62,374 bases of DNA from an uncultured Gammaproteobacteria bacterium (GTDB lineage Bacteria; Patescibacteriota; Patescibacteriia; Patescibacteriales; UBA12465). Each line of letters begins with the position of its first letter. Position 1 is the first letter of the stretch. Where the stretch lies: positions 1 to 62,374 of the forward strand of contig CAZPPL010000006.1 of NCBI GenBank assembly GCA_964588465.1. The letters run 5' to 3'. Of this stretch, positions 20,017-28,597 are shown one piece after another. A model generated the notes under the pieces. The model saw nothing but the letters and a program-made list of their open reading frames with translations, was not told where the DNA came from and ran no database searches. Both the position numbers and the translations under genes were made by a program.

Positions 20017-22446
20017 TCAAAAGTCTCTTAATTTTATGGCAAATTTTTTAACTAAATGAGCAATCAACTTCTCTTGTACCTCATCAACTTCTTGAGCAAC
20101 CAGAGTGTGATCTTTGGCTTGATAAACTAGATGAAAAGCCAAACTTTTTTGTTCTACTTTTAATTTATTACCCTGATAAATATCAAAGAGTTCAATATTA
20201 ATAATTAAAGGGTTAAATTTAATGATTTCTCCTCTTAAATCATTATACAATATTTCCTTGGCAACTACAAAAGATATGTCTCGTCTAACTGCTGGATATT
20301 TGGACCCTGTTTGAAAACCAACTGGCTTTAGATTGAGAACTAATTCTGCTAAAATTTTGAAATTTATTTCTGCTAATACTGCCGGTTTCTTAAAATTAAA
20401 ATTCAAAGCAACTTGGTCTTTAATCCTAGCCAATATACCAATCTCTTTATTAAAAATTACTATTTTAGCCGCCCAAATCTCATTGGCCCAATTGGGAACC
20501 GATTCTAAAATTAAAAATTTTGGCCTAATCTTATAATCAATTAAATTTTGTAACAAACCAGTAATTATTCCTTTGAGATTCCCAAATAAATCTCCATCTC
20601 CAGTCAAAGCCAGCCCTAGATGCCTCTCTTGATAAGGTAGAACTTCGGTAGTTTCAAAATCTTTAGGCAAATTCCCTGGAATCTTAAAAAAGACACTGCC
20701 AATCTCCATAAAAGCTAAGCTAGCTTCTTTAAACTGATTAATTTTAATATTATTAATAAATCCAGGAATCAAAGATTGTCTTAACAGACTGTGTTTGCTG
20801 GACCAAGGATTAACCAATTTAAGATATTGTGAATAATCAATATTCATCTGTTGTAATTGTTGTACGCCAACAAATGAATAATTATAAACCTCATTCAAAG
20901 CATATCCTAAAGTTAAAATATTTTTAATTTTTCGTTCTAATAATCTTTCCTTATTCAATTCTGGTAAACCAAGTTTTAATACTGGCGACTGGGAAACTAT
21001 TTTATCATAGCCATACAATCTTAAAACTTCTTCAGCTAAATCCTCTTTATTCTGTATGTCTTTAGACGACCGCCAACTCGGAACAATAACTGTAAAAATA
21101 TCTTTTCTATCATCTTCTATCTCAAAACCTAACTTCTTTAAACTAGTAATAACAAATTCTCTAGGAATTTCTTGCCCTAATTTCTTAGTTAGCCAAACTA
21201 AATCTAAATTAATTCTAATAATTTCATTTTTAGTTTGACGACAATCAATCAAGCTACTGCTAATCTTCATTTCTGGACAAATATCTAGGAGCAACGTCAA
21301 AAATCTATTTAGTGCTAATTCTGGCAAATCAATATCTAAAGATTTTTCAAAACGTACTGAAGCTTCAGTACGTAAACCTAATTTTTGTGAAGTTTTTCTA
21401 ATATTAGCGGCTAAAAAATTAGCAGATTCTAATATTATACTAGTGGTATTAGTAGTAATCTCACTATCTTTTCCACCAATAACACCCGCTATAGCAATAA
21501 TATCTGATCCATTACTAATAACTAAATCACGATTATCCAAAATTCGTTCTTTATCATCTAAGGTTTTAATAGATTCTTGATTATCTGCTCGCCGCACTAC
21601 AATTTTTTCTATCTTAGAGGCATCAAAAGTATGTAACGGTTGCCCACAGTCCAACATAACATAGTTAGCTAAATCTACAATATTGTTAACTGGTCGTTGG
21701 TTAACGGCAATCAACCTATTCCTAAGCCATTTAGGTGATTCTTTAACTAAAATATTATCTAACTTAAGGGCTAAATATCTAGGACAAAGTTCCCTAGCTT
21801 CAATCTTTACTTCTAATTTATTCTCTTTGGAGGATAAAAAATTCCAATTAGATTTAAAAAAATTATTATAAGCCTTTAGTGTCCACATAAATATAGCGGA
21901 TAATTCTCTAGCTAGGCCATAATGATTTAATAAATCTGGACGATTAGATAGAGATTTATTGTCTATTTCTAAAATATAATCATTAGCTTGTAAATATTTA
22001 GCAAAGGATTCACCTATTTTTGCTTTATCGTTTAAGACTAAAATACCTTCATGATCTTGGCCTAAACCAAGTTCGTCCTCAGCACAAATCATCCCACTAG
22101 ATTTTTCACCCCGAATCAATGATTCTTTAATTTCTAAACCATTGGGCAATTTAACCCCTATTAAAGATACAGGAACTAATTGATTGACAGCTAAATTAGT
22201 AGCACCACAAACGATTTTTAATTTAGTAGATTTAACATCTACCGTAGCTAAACGCAAACGATCAGCATTGGGATGTTTATGTACTTCTAAAACGCGCCCC
22301 ACTACCACCTGATTAAACTGTTCAGATTGATTGAGTAAATTCTCCACTTCCACTGTATGACTAGTTAAGCCTTCAGAAATAGTTGTGGGTTTTATTTTTG
22401 TAGGTATTTTAACAAAATCCTTCAACCAATTAAGAGAAATATACAT
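20017..22446 (-). CDS. pheT: Phenylalanine--tRNA ligase beta subunit
   Basis: 809 aa with an N-terminal tRNA-binding domain (VVVGRVLEVHKHPNADRLRLATVD) and B3/4, B5 and anticodon-binding-like regions. Follows pheS. Ends in TGA. Confidence 0.95.
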   Translation of the reverse strand: MYISLNWLKDFVKIPTKIKPTTISEGLTSHTVEVENLLNQSEQFNQVVVGRVLEVHKHPNADRLRLATVDVKSTKLKIVCGATNLAVNQLVPVSLIGVKLPNGLEIKESLIRGEKSSGMICAEDELGLGQDHEGILVLNDKAKIGESFAKYLQANDYILEIDNKSLSNRPDLLNHYGLARELSAIFMWTLKAYNNFFKSNWNFLSSKENKLEVKIEARELCPRYLALKLDNILVKESPKWLRNRLIAVNQRPVNNIVDLANYVMLDCGQPLHTFDASKIEKIVVRRADNQESIKTLDDKERILDNRDLVISNGSDIIAIAGVIGGKDSEITTNTTSIILESANFLAANIRKTSQKLGLRTEASVRFEKSLDIDLPELALNRFLTLLLDICPEMKISSSLIDCRQTKNEIIRINLDLVWLTKKLGQEIPREFVITSLKKLGFEIEDDRKDIFTVIVPSWRSSKDIQNKEDLAEEVLRLYGYDKIVSQSPVLKLGLPELNKERLLERKIKNILTLGYALNEVYNYSFVGVQQLQQMNIDYSQYLKLVNPWSSKHSLLRQSLIPGFINNIKINQFKEASLAFMEIGSVFFKIPGNLPKDFETTEVLPYQERHLGLALTGDGDLFGNLKGIITGLLQNLIDYKIRPKFLILESVPNWANEIWAAKIVIFNKEIGILARIKDQVALNFNFKKPAVLAEINFKILAELVLNLKPVGFQTGSKYPAVRRDISFVVAKEILYNDLRGEIIKFNPLIINIELFDIYQGNKLKVEQKSLAFHLVYQAKDHTLVAQEVDEVQEKLIAHLVKKFAIKLRDF

Positions 22447-22450
22447 ATAA

Positions 22451-23479
22451 TTAAAATTGTTCTAAAAATTTAGGGTCGCCACTATTGAATAAACGTACAT
22501 CATTAATATTATATTTAAGCATAGCTAAACGATTTAAACCAAAACCAAAAGCTAGTCCAGAATAAATCTCAGGATCTATTCCTCCTGCTCGCAAAACATC
22601 GGGATGAATTAATCCTGCCCCTACCGTTTCTAACCAACCGGTATATTTACAAACCCGGCATCCTTTTCCTCCACACAAGAAACAAGTATACTCGCCATTA
22701 TTACCTGGTTCTACAAAAGGAAAAAATTTAGGACGCATCCTTAACTTAGTATTAGAACCAAACAATCTTTTACCCACAATCTCTAAAAAACTTTTTAAAT
22801 GAGCAAAATTAATATTTTTATCAATCAACATCCCTTCCACTTGATAAAAAGTGTGTTCATGTCTAGCATCAGTAGCCTCGTTTCGAAAACAACGTCCAGG
22901 AATAAGGGCTCTTAAGGGCGCACCATATTTATTCATAGCCCGAATCTGCATAGGAGAAGTTTGGGTTCGCATTAATAAATCATACTCTCCTTGGCGATTA
23001 GGATAATCTATATAAAAGGTATCTTGCATATCACGAGCGGGATGATCAGGACCAAGATTCAAAGCAGTAAAATTAAAATAATCACTCTCTAATTCTGGGC
23101 CATCAAGAATCATGAAGCCTAAAGAACTAAATAAATCTTCTAATTCATTCTGCACTAAAGTAATAGGATTTAAATGTCCTTGTGGACGATTTATTCCTGG
23201 TAAAGTAACATCAACGTATTCATTATTTACTATAGATTTTTTCATAAGCTTACTAGCTTCTTGAAACTTATTTTGTAATTCAATTTTAAGTTGATTGGCT
23301 GATTTACCAATTTCTTGACGAAGTTTAAGATCTAAATTTTTTAAACCATGCATAATCTCACTTAATTTTCCTTTACGTGATAAAAATTTAATTTCTAATT
23401 GACGTAAATCCTCCTCATCTTTTGCTTGAGTTAATTGCTGTAAAAATTCTGTTCGTAAGGCATCTAATTTATTCTTCAT
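22451..23479 (-). CDS. pheS: Phenylalanine--tRNA ligase alpha subunit
   Basis: Class II core HPARDMQDTFY, RTQTSPMQIR, FRNEATDARHEHTFYQVEG, GLAFGFGLNRLAM. Confidence 0.96.
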   Translation of the reverse strand: MKNKLDALRTEFLQQLTQAKDEEDLRQLEIKFLSRKGKLSEIMHGLKNLDLKLRQEIGKSANQLKIELQNKFQEASKLMKKSIVNNEYVDVTLPGINRPQGHLNPITLVQNELEDLFSSLGFMILDGPELESDYFNFTALNLGPDHPARDMQDTFYIDYPNRQGEYDLLMRTQTSPMQIRAMNKYGAPLRALIPGRCFRNEATDARHEHTFYQVEGMLIDKNINFAHLKSFLEIVGKRLFGSNTKLRMRPKFFPFVEPGNNGEYTCFLCGGKGCRVCKYTGWLETVGAGLIHPDVLRAGGIDPEIYSGLAFGFGLNRLAMLKYNINDVRLFNSGDPKFLEQF

Positions 23480-23483
23480 ATAA

Positions 23484-23864
23484 TTATTGATTTTTTTTAT
23501 AATTAATCAAAAATAATTCAAAAATAATAAAAATTATTACTAAAAATAATAAATTCAACCAATTAAATAAATGTTGAGCTTTTAAAATTAAAATAATAAT
23601 TATAAATAGGGAAAATAAAAATGATTGACGGAAAGCCACCTTCACCGAATTGAAAGCTAATTCTTTTTTTAAAGCCACAAAGCGAATAATAAATCCAATA
23701 AGAGCAATGGTACCAATAAGAGCACTAAAAAGTACTAAATAAAATAAACTAAAACCTAGCCAATTAGTTACTGTAGGATCAACTAAACGAGCCACAAATA
23801 TAAACAGACTCCAACAAATAACTGTTAAAACTGTCATGACCCCCAAATACTTATTTAAAGTCAT
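23484..23864 (-). CDS. Small polytopic membrane protein (about 4 TM), unknown function
   Basis: Four hydrophobic segments. The start overlaps the valS stop by 4 nt, and the stop lies 4 nt before the pheS start, which suggests translational coupling. Confidence 0.5.
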   Translation of the reverse strand: MTLNKYLGVMTVLTVICWSLFIFVARLVDPTVTNWLGFSLFYLVLFSALIGTIALIGFIIRFVALKKELAFNSVKVAFRQSFLFSLFIIIILILKAQHLFNWLNLLFLVIIFIIFELFLINYKKNQ

Positions 23865-26539
23865 ATTTGTTTTATTATTTTGATTATTTTATTCAATTCA
23901 ATTTTATAATCTTCTAATTTAGTCTGCTCCTTTGATACAATGTCGTGGGGCGCTCGCTGAACAAAATTAGAGTTAGCCAATTTTTTTTCTTGATTAAAAA
24001 CTAATCTTTCTAAATTATTTTTTTCTTTAATTAATCGGGTTTTATCTTGAGCTGATTCTTCTGCACCTAATAAATAAATTTCTACCTCACCTACAACAAT
24101 ACTTAAAGCTGATTTAATTTTAACACCTTTTTCTAATATTTTCACGGAATCTAAACCAGTTTTTAATTTCTGGATTAAAAGTGTTTGATCTTTTAAATAG
24201 GTATAATATTGATGAGCATAAATAACTACTGATAATTTTTGAGCGGGTTTTATTTTATTGATACTACGAACATTGCGAATAGCAATAATAACATCCTGTA
24301 ATAATTGAAATTTTTCTGAATTCAATTCTTTTCTAGATTTAGAAGCTACTGGCCAACTAGCCACCATTAATAAAGAGTCATTAAAACTAGACCAAATATT
24401 TTCAGTAATATAAGGAATAAAAGGATGCCAGAGAATTAATAAATTTTTTAATAAATAAATTAATATTTTCTCTTTACCCTCTTCTATCTTGGTAATTTCC
24501 AGATACCAATCTGCTAATTTATTCCAGGTAAACTCTTGCAATTCTTCAGCAGCTAAAGAAAAATTTAAATCAGATAAACAATTAGTGACTCGCGCTATTA
24601 ATAGGTCTAATTCTCTTAAAATCCAACGATCTGCGTTGCTTTTTATCTCAGATGTAATTTCCCGAGAACTCAACTGATCATCTTGAGAACTCAAATTTAA
24701 AATAAATCGAGAAATATTCCATAACTTATTAATAAAATTACGTTTAGCTTCTACCCGGTCATCACTATAACGCATATCATTTCCAGGAGTATTTCCAGCT
24801 AATAAGGCTAATCTTAAAGCGTCAGTTCCATATTTAGTAATTATTTCTAAAGGATCAACTCCATTTCCTTTAGACTTGGACATCTTTTTACCTTTTTCAT
24901 CTAAGATTGTACCATGTAAATAAACTTGCTCAAAAGGAACTTCTCCTAAAGCAAACAAAGACATCATGACCATCCGCGATACCCATAGAGTCAAAATCTC
25001 ATAGCCAGTTTCTAAAATTTGAGTCGGATGATATTTGGCTAAATCACCAGTTTTAATACCTTTAACAAAATTATCTGGCCAACCTAAGGTAGAAAAAGTC
25101 CACATTCCAGAAGAAAACCAAGTGTCTAAAGTATCAGGGTCTTGAATTAAATCTTGACCACCACAGACTGGACATTTAGTAGGGACGGAATCTGACACAA
25201 TTGGTTTTTTACAAGCTTCTTTTTGTGGATCTTCAATACCTTTACTACAATACCAAGCTGGAATTTGATGCCCATACCAAATTTGTCTAGAAATACACCA
25301 ATCATGTAAATTATTCATCCAATCTTGATAGCGTTTATTAAACCTCTCAGGAACAAATTTAATTTTTCCCTCGTTAGCGACCTCTTGAGCCCTAACTTTT
25401 AAAGATTTATGGCCTAAACGAGCTAATTTTTTATTAACATCAATAAACCACTGTTTAGAAGGTAGCGGCTCAACGGGAGTATGACAACGATAACAAAGCG
25501 ATAAATTATTAGTAATCTCTTCTTCTTTTTCTAATAAATTAGCTTTTTTTAAATCAGCAATAATTAATTCTCTAGCAGCTAATACACTTAATCCCGAATA
25601 AGTACCAAAACCTTCTCTAATATTACCCGATTCATTGATTACTTTTATAACCGCTAAACTATTATCTTCAGCTATTTGCCAATCAATCATAGAATGCGCC
25701 GGAGTTATCCCTAAAGCCCCAGTGCCAAAATCTGTTTCTACTTTACGATCAGTAATTATTTTAATGTCTAAAGCTTGACCACAAAAATTTACTTTATATA
25801 CTTGTCCAATATATTGTTTATACCGTTTATCTTTAGGATTTACTGCTACCGCCACATCTCCTAATTTAGTTTCTGGACGAGTAGTGGAAATCAATATTGG
25901 AAAGTTTTTATCATATCTAAAAGTATAAAATTTAGCTGATTGCTCTTTATATTCCAACTCATCGTCGGCCAAGGTAGAATGACAACGTGGGCACCAATTG
26001 ACTATCCTTTCTCCTCGATAGATTATACCCGCCTGATACATATCCAAAAACATAGTTTTTACTGCCTTTTGACGAGCTGTATCTAGGGTAAAAGCTAGAC
26101 GGGACCAGTCTAGAGAAGACCCCATCTTCTTTATTTGATGTAGAATTATACTTTGAGTTTCTCCAACAAATCCTTGAACTTGTTTTAAAAATTCAATTCG
26201 TCCTAAATCGTGCCTAGTTTTACCTTGTTCTTTTAAAATCTTTTTTTCTACCACATTTTGAGTGGCAATAGCGGCATGATCGGTACCTGGCAACCATAGA
26301 GTTCTATAACCGCGTAAACGATGATAACGGATTAATAAATCCTCAATTGCTAACATATAACTATGTCCAATATGCAACTTAGCGGTAATATTTGGGGGTG
26401 GTAAAATTATAGTATAATTCTTGGCTGTTTTGGACAAATTTAAATTATCCGGGTTGAAGAATCCCGATTTTTCCCACTTTTCGTAAATTCTATCCTCATT
26501 TTTACTAGGATTGTAAGTTTTTTCTAACTCCTGTTTCAT
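23861..26539 (-). CDS. valS: Valine--tRNA ligase
   Basis: PPPNITAKLHIGH (HIGH), KMSKSKGN (KMSKS), CP1 editing domain, zinc-knuckle cysteines, C-terminal coiled coil. Confidence 0.96.
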   Translation of the reverse strand: MKQELEKTYNPSKNEDRIYEKWEKSGFFNPDNLNLSKTAKNYTIILPPPNITAKLHIGHSYMLAIEDLLIRYHRLRGYRTLWLPGTDHAAIATQNVVEKKILKEQGKTRHDLGRIEFLKQVQGFVGETQSIILHQIKKMGSSLDWSRLAFTLDTARQKAVKTMFLDMYQAGIIYRGERIVNWCPRCHSTLADDELEYKEQSAKFYTFRYDKNFPILISTTRPETKLGDVAVAVNPKDKRYKQYIGQVYKVNFCGQALDIKIITDRKVETDFGTGALGITPAHSMIDWQIAEDNSLAVIKVINESGNIREGFGTYSGLSVLAARELIIADLKKANLLEKEEEITNNLSLCYRCHTPVEPLPSKQWFIDVNKKLARLGHKSLKVRAQEVANEGKIKFVPERFNKRYQDWMNNLHDWCISRQIWYGHQIPAWYCSKGIEDPQKEACKKPIVSDSVPTKCPVCGGQDLIQDPDTLDTWFSSGMWTFSTLGWPDNFVKGIKTGDLAKYHPTQILETGYEILTLWVSRMVMMSLFALGEVPFEQVYLHGTILDEKGKKMSKSKGNGVDPLEIITKYGTDALRLALLAGNTPGNDMRYSDDRVEAKRNFINKLWNISRFILNLSSQDDQLSSREITSEIKSNADRWILRELDLLIARVTNCLSDLNFSLAAEELQEFTWNKLADWYLEITKIEEGKEKILIYLLKNLLILWHPFIPYITENIWSSFNDSLLMVASWPVASKSRKELNSEKFQLLQDVIIAIRNVRSINKIKPAQKLSVVIYAHQYYTYLKDQTLLIQKLKTGLDSVKILEKGVKIKSALSIVVGEVEIYLLGAEESAQDKTRLIKEKNNLERLVFNQEKKLANSNFVQRAPHDIVSKEQTKLEDYKIELNKIIKIIKQI

Positions 26540-26595
26540 GTTCTAAAATTATCAAAAAAAAGCTCTAAAGTCAATTAAACAAAATCTAAATTAAC

Positions 26596-26624
26596 TTGAC
26601 TTTAAGCTCAATTAATTATATATT
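26596..26624 (+). promoter_or_regulatory. Sigma70-type promoter upstream of the DHH-like gene
   Basis: TTGACT (26596-26601), 17-nt spacer, TATATT (26619-26624). Confidence 0.4.
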
Positions 26625-26676
26625 TAAAGGTCAAATCTATAATTTTTAATTCAAGAAAAATAGTAAAAATCGGTCC

Positions 26677-27819
26677 ATGTTAAATTTAGCCCAACAAATT
26701 ATTGAACAATTAAAGAATTCTAATAATCCTTTGATTGTTTTTCCTGCAAATAATAATGGAGATGCCACTGCTTCAGCGTTAGCTCTTTTTTTATTTATAA
26801 AAAAAATGGGAAAAACTCCAGAAATCGCTAGTTCAAAAGCTCTAAATAATAATAAATCATTAGAATTTTTACCAGCTTATTCAGAAATTAAAAATCATTT
26901 GAATAATTTAAGAAAATTTATTGTTTCTTTAAATATCCAACAGGCTAAAATAAGCCAAATTAAATATACTATTGAAGAAAATTTACTTAATTTTATTATT
27001 TCTCCGGCCGAAGGATGGTTTAAACCTGAAAATGTTACCACCCGAGCTGGTGAATTCAAATATGATTTAATCATTACCTTAGGAATCGCTGATTTAGAGT
27101 CTTTAAATGAACTATATGACGCTAATATTGAATTTTTCTATAAGACAACTATTATTAATTTGGATCATCAAGCTAAAAATGAAAATTTCGGTCAAATCAA
27201 TTTAGTGGACTTAAATGCTATAGCCACCTCAGAGATCTTATTCCAATTTTTTAAAAAGTATAAATCCGAGCTAATTAATGAAGACATTGCTACTTGTCTA
27301 TTGGCGGGAATAATTCAACAAACCAAAAATTTTAAGACTGATAATTTAACTCCCCGCATTCTATTAACTACTTCTCAATTAATTACTTTAGGAGCACGAC
27401 GAGAAGAAATTGTTAATTATCTCTATCGTTCACGTAGTATCGCTTCTTTAAAACTATGGGGAAAAATATTAAATAATTTAAAAAGCGAAAAAAATAATGA
27501 ATTATTATGGTCTCAATTTAAATTTCAAGATATTCCTTCGGCCGATATCAATATTAACAATTTAAATGAAGTAGTTGATGAATTAATAGCTAAAGTCCCT
27601 AACACTAAAATTATTGTTATATTTTTAGAACAAGCAACTAATAAAACTAAAATAATTATTTATACTTTAAAGAATATAAACGCCTTAGAGTTAATTAAAG
27701 AGTATGCTCCTCAAGGAACGAATAAATCCGTCCAAACAACTCTTAATCAAAGTTTAGAAAAAACCGTAAAGAAAATAATTACCAGTCTATTGGAAAAACT
27801 TGATAAATTAAATTCTTAA
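26677..27819 (+). CDS. DHH/DHHA1-family (NrnA-like) protein with degenerate catalytic motifs
   Basis: Overall NrnA-like layout, but motif I reads PANNNGDATAS (the usual form is H..PD.D..GS), motif III reads NLDHQ (not DHH), and no GGGH is visible in the C-terminal domain. Confidence 0.6.
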   Translation: MLNLAQQIIEQLKNSNNPLIVFPANNNGDATASALALFLFIKKMGKTPEIASSKALNNNKSLEFLPAYSEIKNHLNNLRKFIVSLNIQQAKISQIKYTIEENLLNFIISPAEGWFKPENVTTRAGEFKYDLIITLGIADLESLNELYDANIEFFYKTTIINLDHQAKNENFGQINLVDLNAIATSEILFQFFKKYKSELINEDIATCLLAGIIQQTKNFKTDNLTPRILLTTSQLITLGARREEIVNYLYRSRSIASLKLWGKILNNLKSEKNNELLWSQFKFQDIPSADININNLNEVVDELIAKVPNTKIIVIFLEQATNKTKIIIYTLKNINALELIKEYAPQGTNKSVQTTLNQSLEKTVKKIITSLLEKLDKLNS

Positions 27820-27886
27820 TGATATAAAATAATTACTTCTGTACAAGCCAATATAACTTATCTATGATAAAATAAATATATTACTG

Positions 27887-27963
27887 GGGCATATAGCTCA
27901 GTTGGTTAGAGCACCGCTCTTATAAAGCGGGGGTCGATGGTTCAAGTCCATCTATGCCCACCA
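27887..27963 (+). tRNA. tRNA-Ile (anticodon UAU), CCA encoded
   Basis: GGGCATA-TA-GCTC-AGTTGGTTA-GAGC-A-CCGCT-CTTATAA-AGCGG-GGGTC-GATGG-TTCAAGT-CCATC-TATGCCC-A-CCA. Anticodon TAT is at 27921-27923. The backbone resembles bacterial tRNA-Ile (T-arm GGTTCAAGTCC). Confidence 0.85.
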
Positions 27964-27986
27964 AAATTTACAAGCTAGATTCGCCA

Positions 27987-28063
27987 GGGCTCGTAGCTCA
28001 GTTGGTTAGAGTGTTACGTTGACATCGTAAAGGTCGCCCGTTCGAATCGGGCCGAGCCCACCA
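27987..28063 (+). tRNA. tRNA-Val (anticodon GAC), CCA encoded
   Basis: GGGCTCG acceptor paired with CGAGCCC, anticodon loop TTGACAT, T-arm GCCCG-TTCGAAT-CGGGC, 3' ACCA. Confidence 0.9.
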
Positions 28064-28157
28064 AATAATACTTCTTATTTATTTTAATCGGAATAAATAT
28101 TATCAAACGTATTTACTTTTTAGGCGATTATTGATAAATTATAAATGAACTAAATTT

Positions 28158-28568
28158 ATGCTTTTCAATAAAAAAAATAATATAGCCGCCAATAGAAAAT
28201 CCTCGTCAGATACTAATTGGTTTGACTATGGAGAACCCACTGAAGAAGGTCAATTAGCCATTGACGTTTATCAAACTCCACAAAATATTTTTATAAAATC
28301 AACTATTGCTGGAGTTAACCCCGAAGACTTAAAAATAGTATTACATAATGACTTGCTAACCATCCGAGGTACTCGCTCCTCAGGATCAAACTTTAAAGAA
28401 GAAAATTATTTATATCGTGAATGCTATTGGGGAAATTTTTCTCGCTCTATTATTCTGCCCGCAGAGGTAGATCCTAAAAAAGTTGAAGCAGAATTAGAAA
28501 ATGGCATTTTAACTATTACTCTTTATAAAAGCAATCCTAGTAAAATCAAAGTTAAAATAAAAGACTAA
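28158..28568 (+). CDS. Small heat-shock protein (Hsp20 / alpha-crystallin family)
   Basis: Alpha-crystallin domain: LAIDVYQTPQNIFIKSTIAGVNPEDLKIVLHNDLLTIRG...FSRSIILPAEVDPKKVEAELENGILTITL. Confidence 0.88.
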   Translation: MLFNKKNNIAANRKSSSDTNWFDYGEPTEEGQLAIDVYQTPQNIFIKSTIAGVNPEDLKIVLHNDLLTIRGTRSSGSNFKEENYLYRECYWGNFSRSIILPAEVDPKKVEAELENGILTITLYKSNPSKIKVKIKD

Positions 28569-28597
28569 AAAATGAAATTGAATTTACTCGTACTGGT

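Noticed and set aside
28095-28140. An inverted repeat ATTATCAA...TTGATAAAT upstream of hsp20, considered as a possible heat-shock operator.
   Set aside because: The arms are only 7-8 bp of pure A/T separated by about 24 nt, which is expected by chance in this composition. There is no resemblance to CIRCE or HAIR elements.
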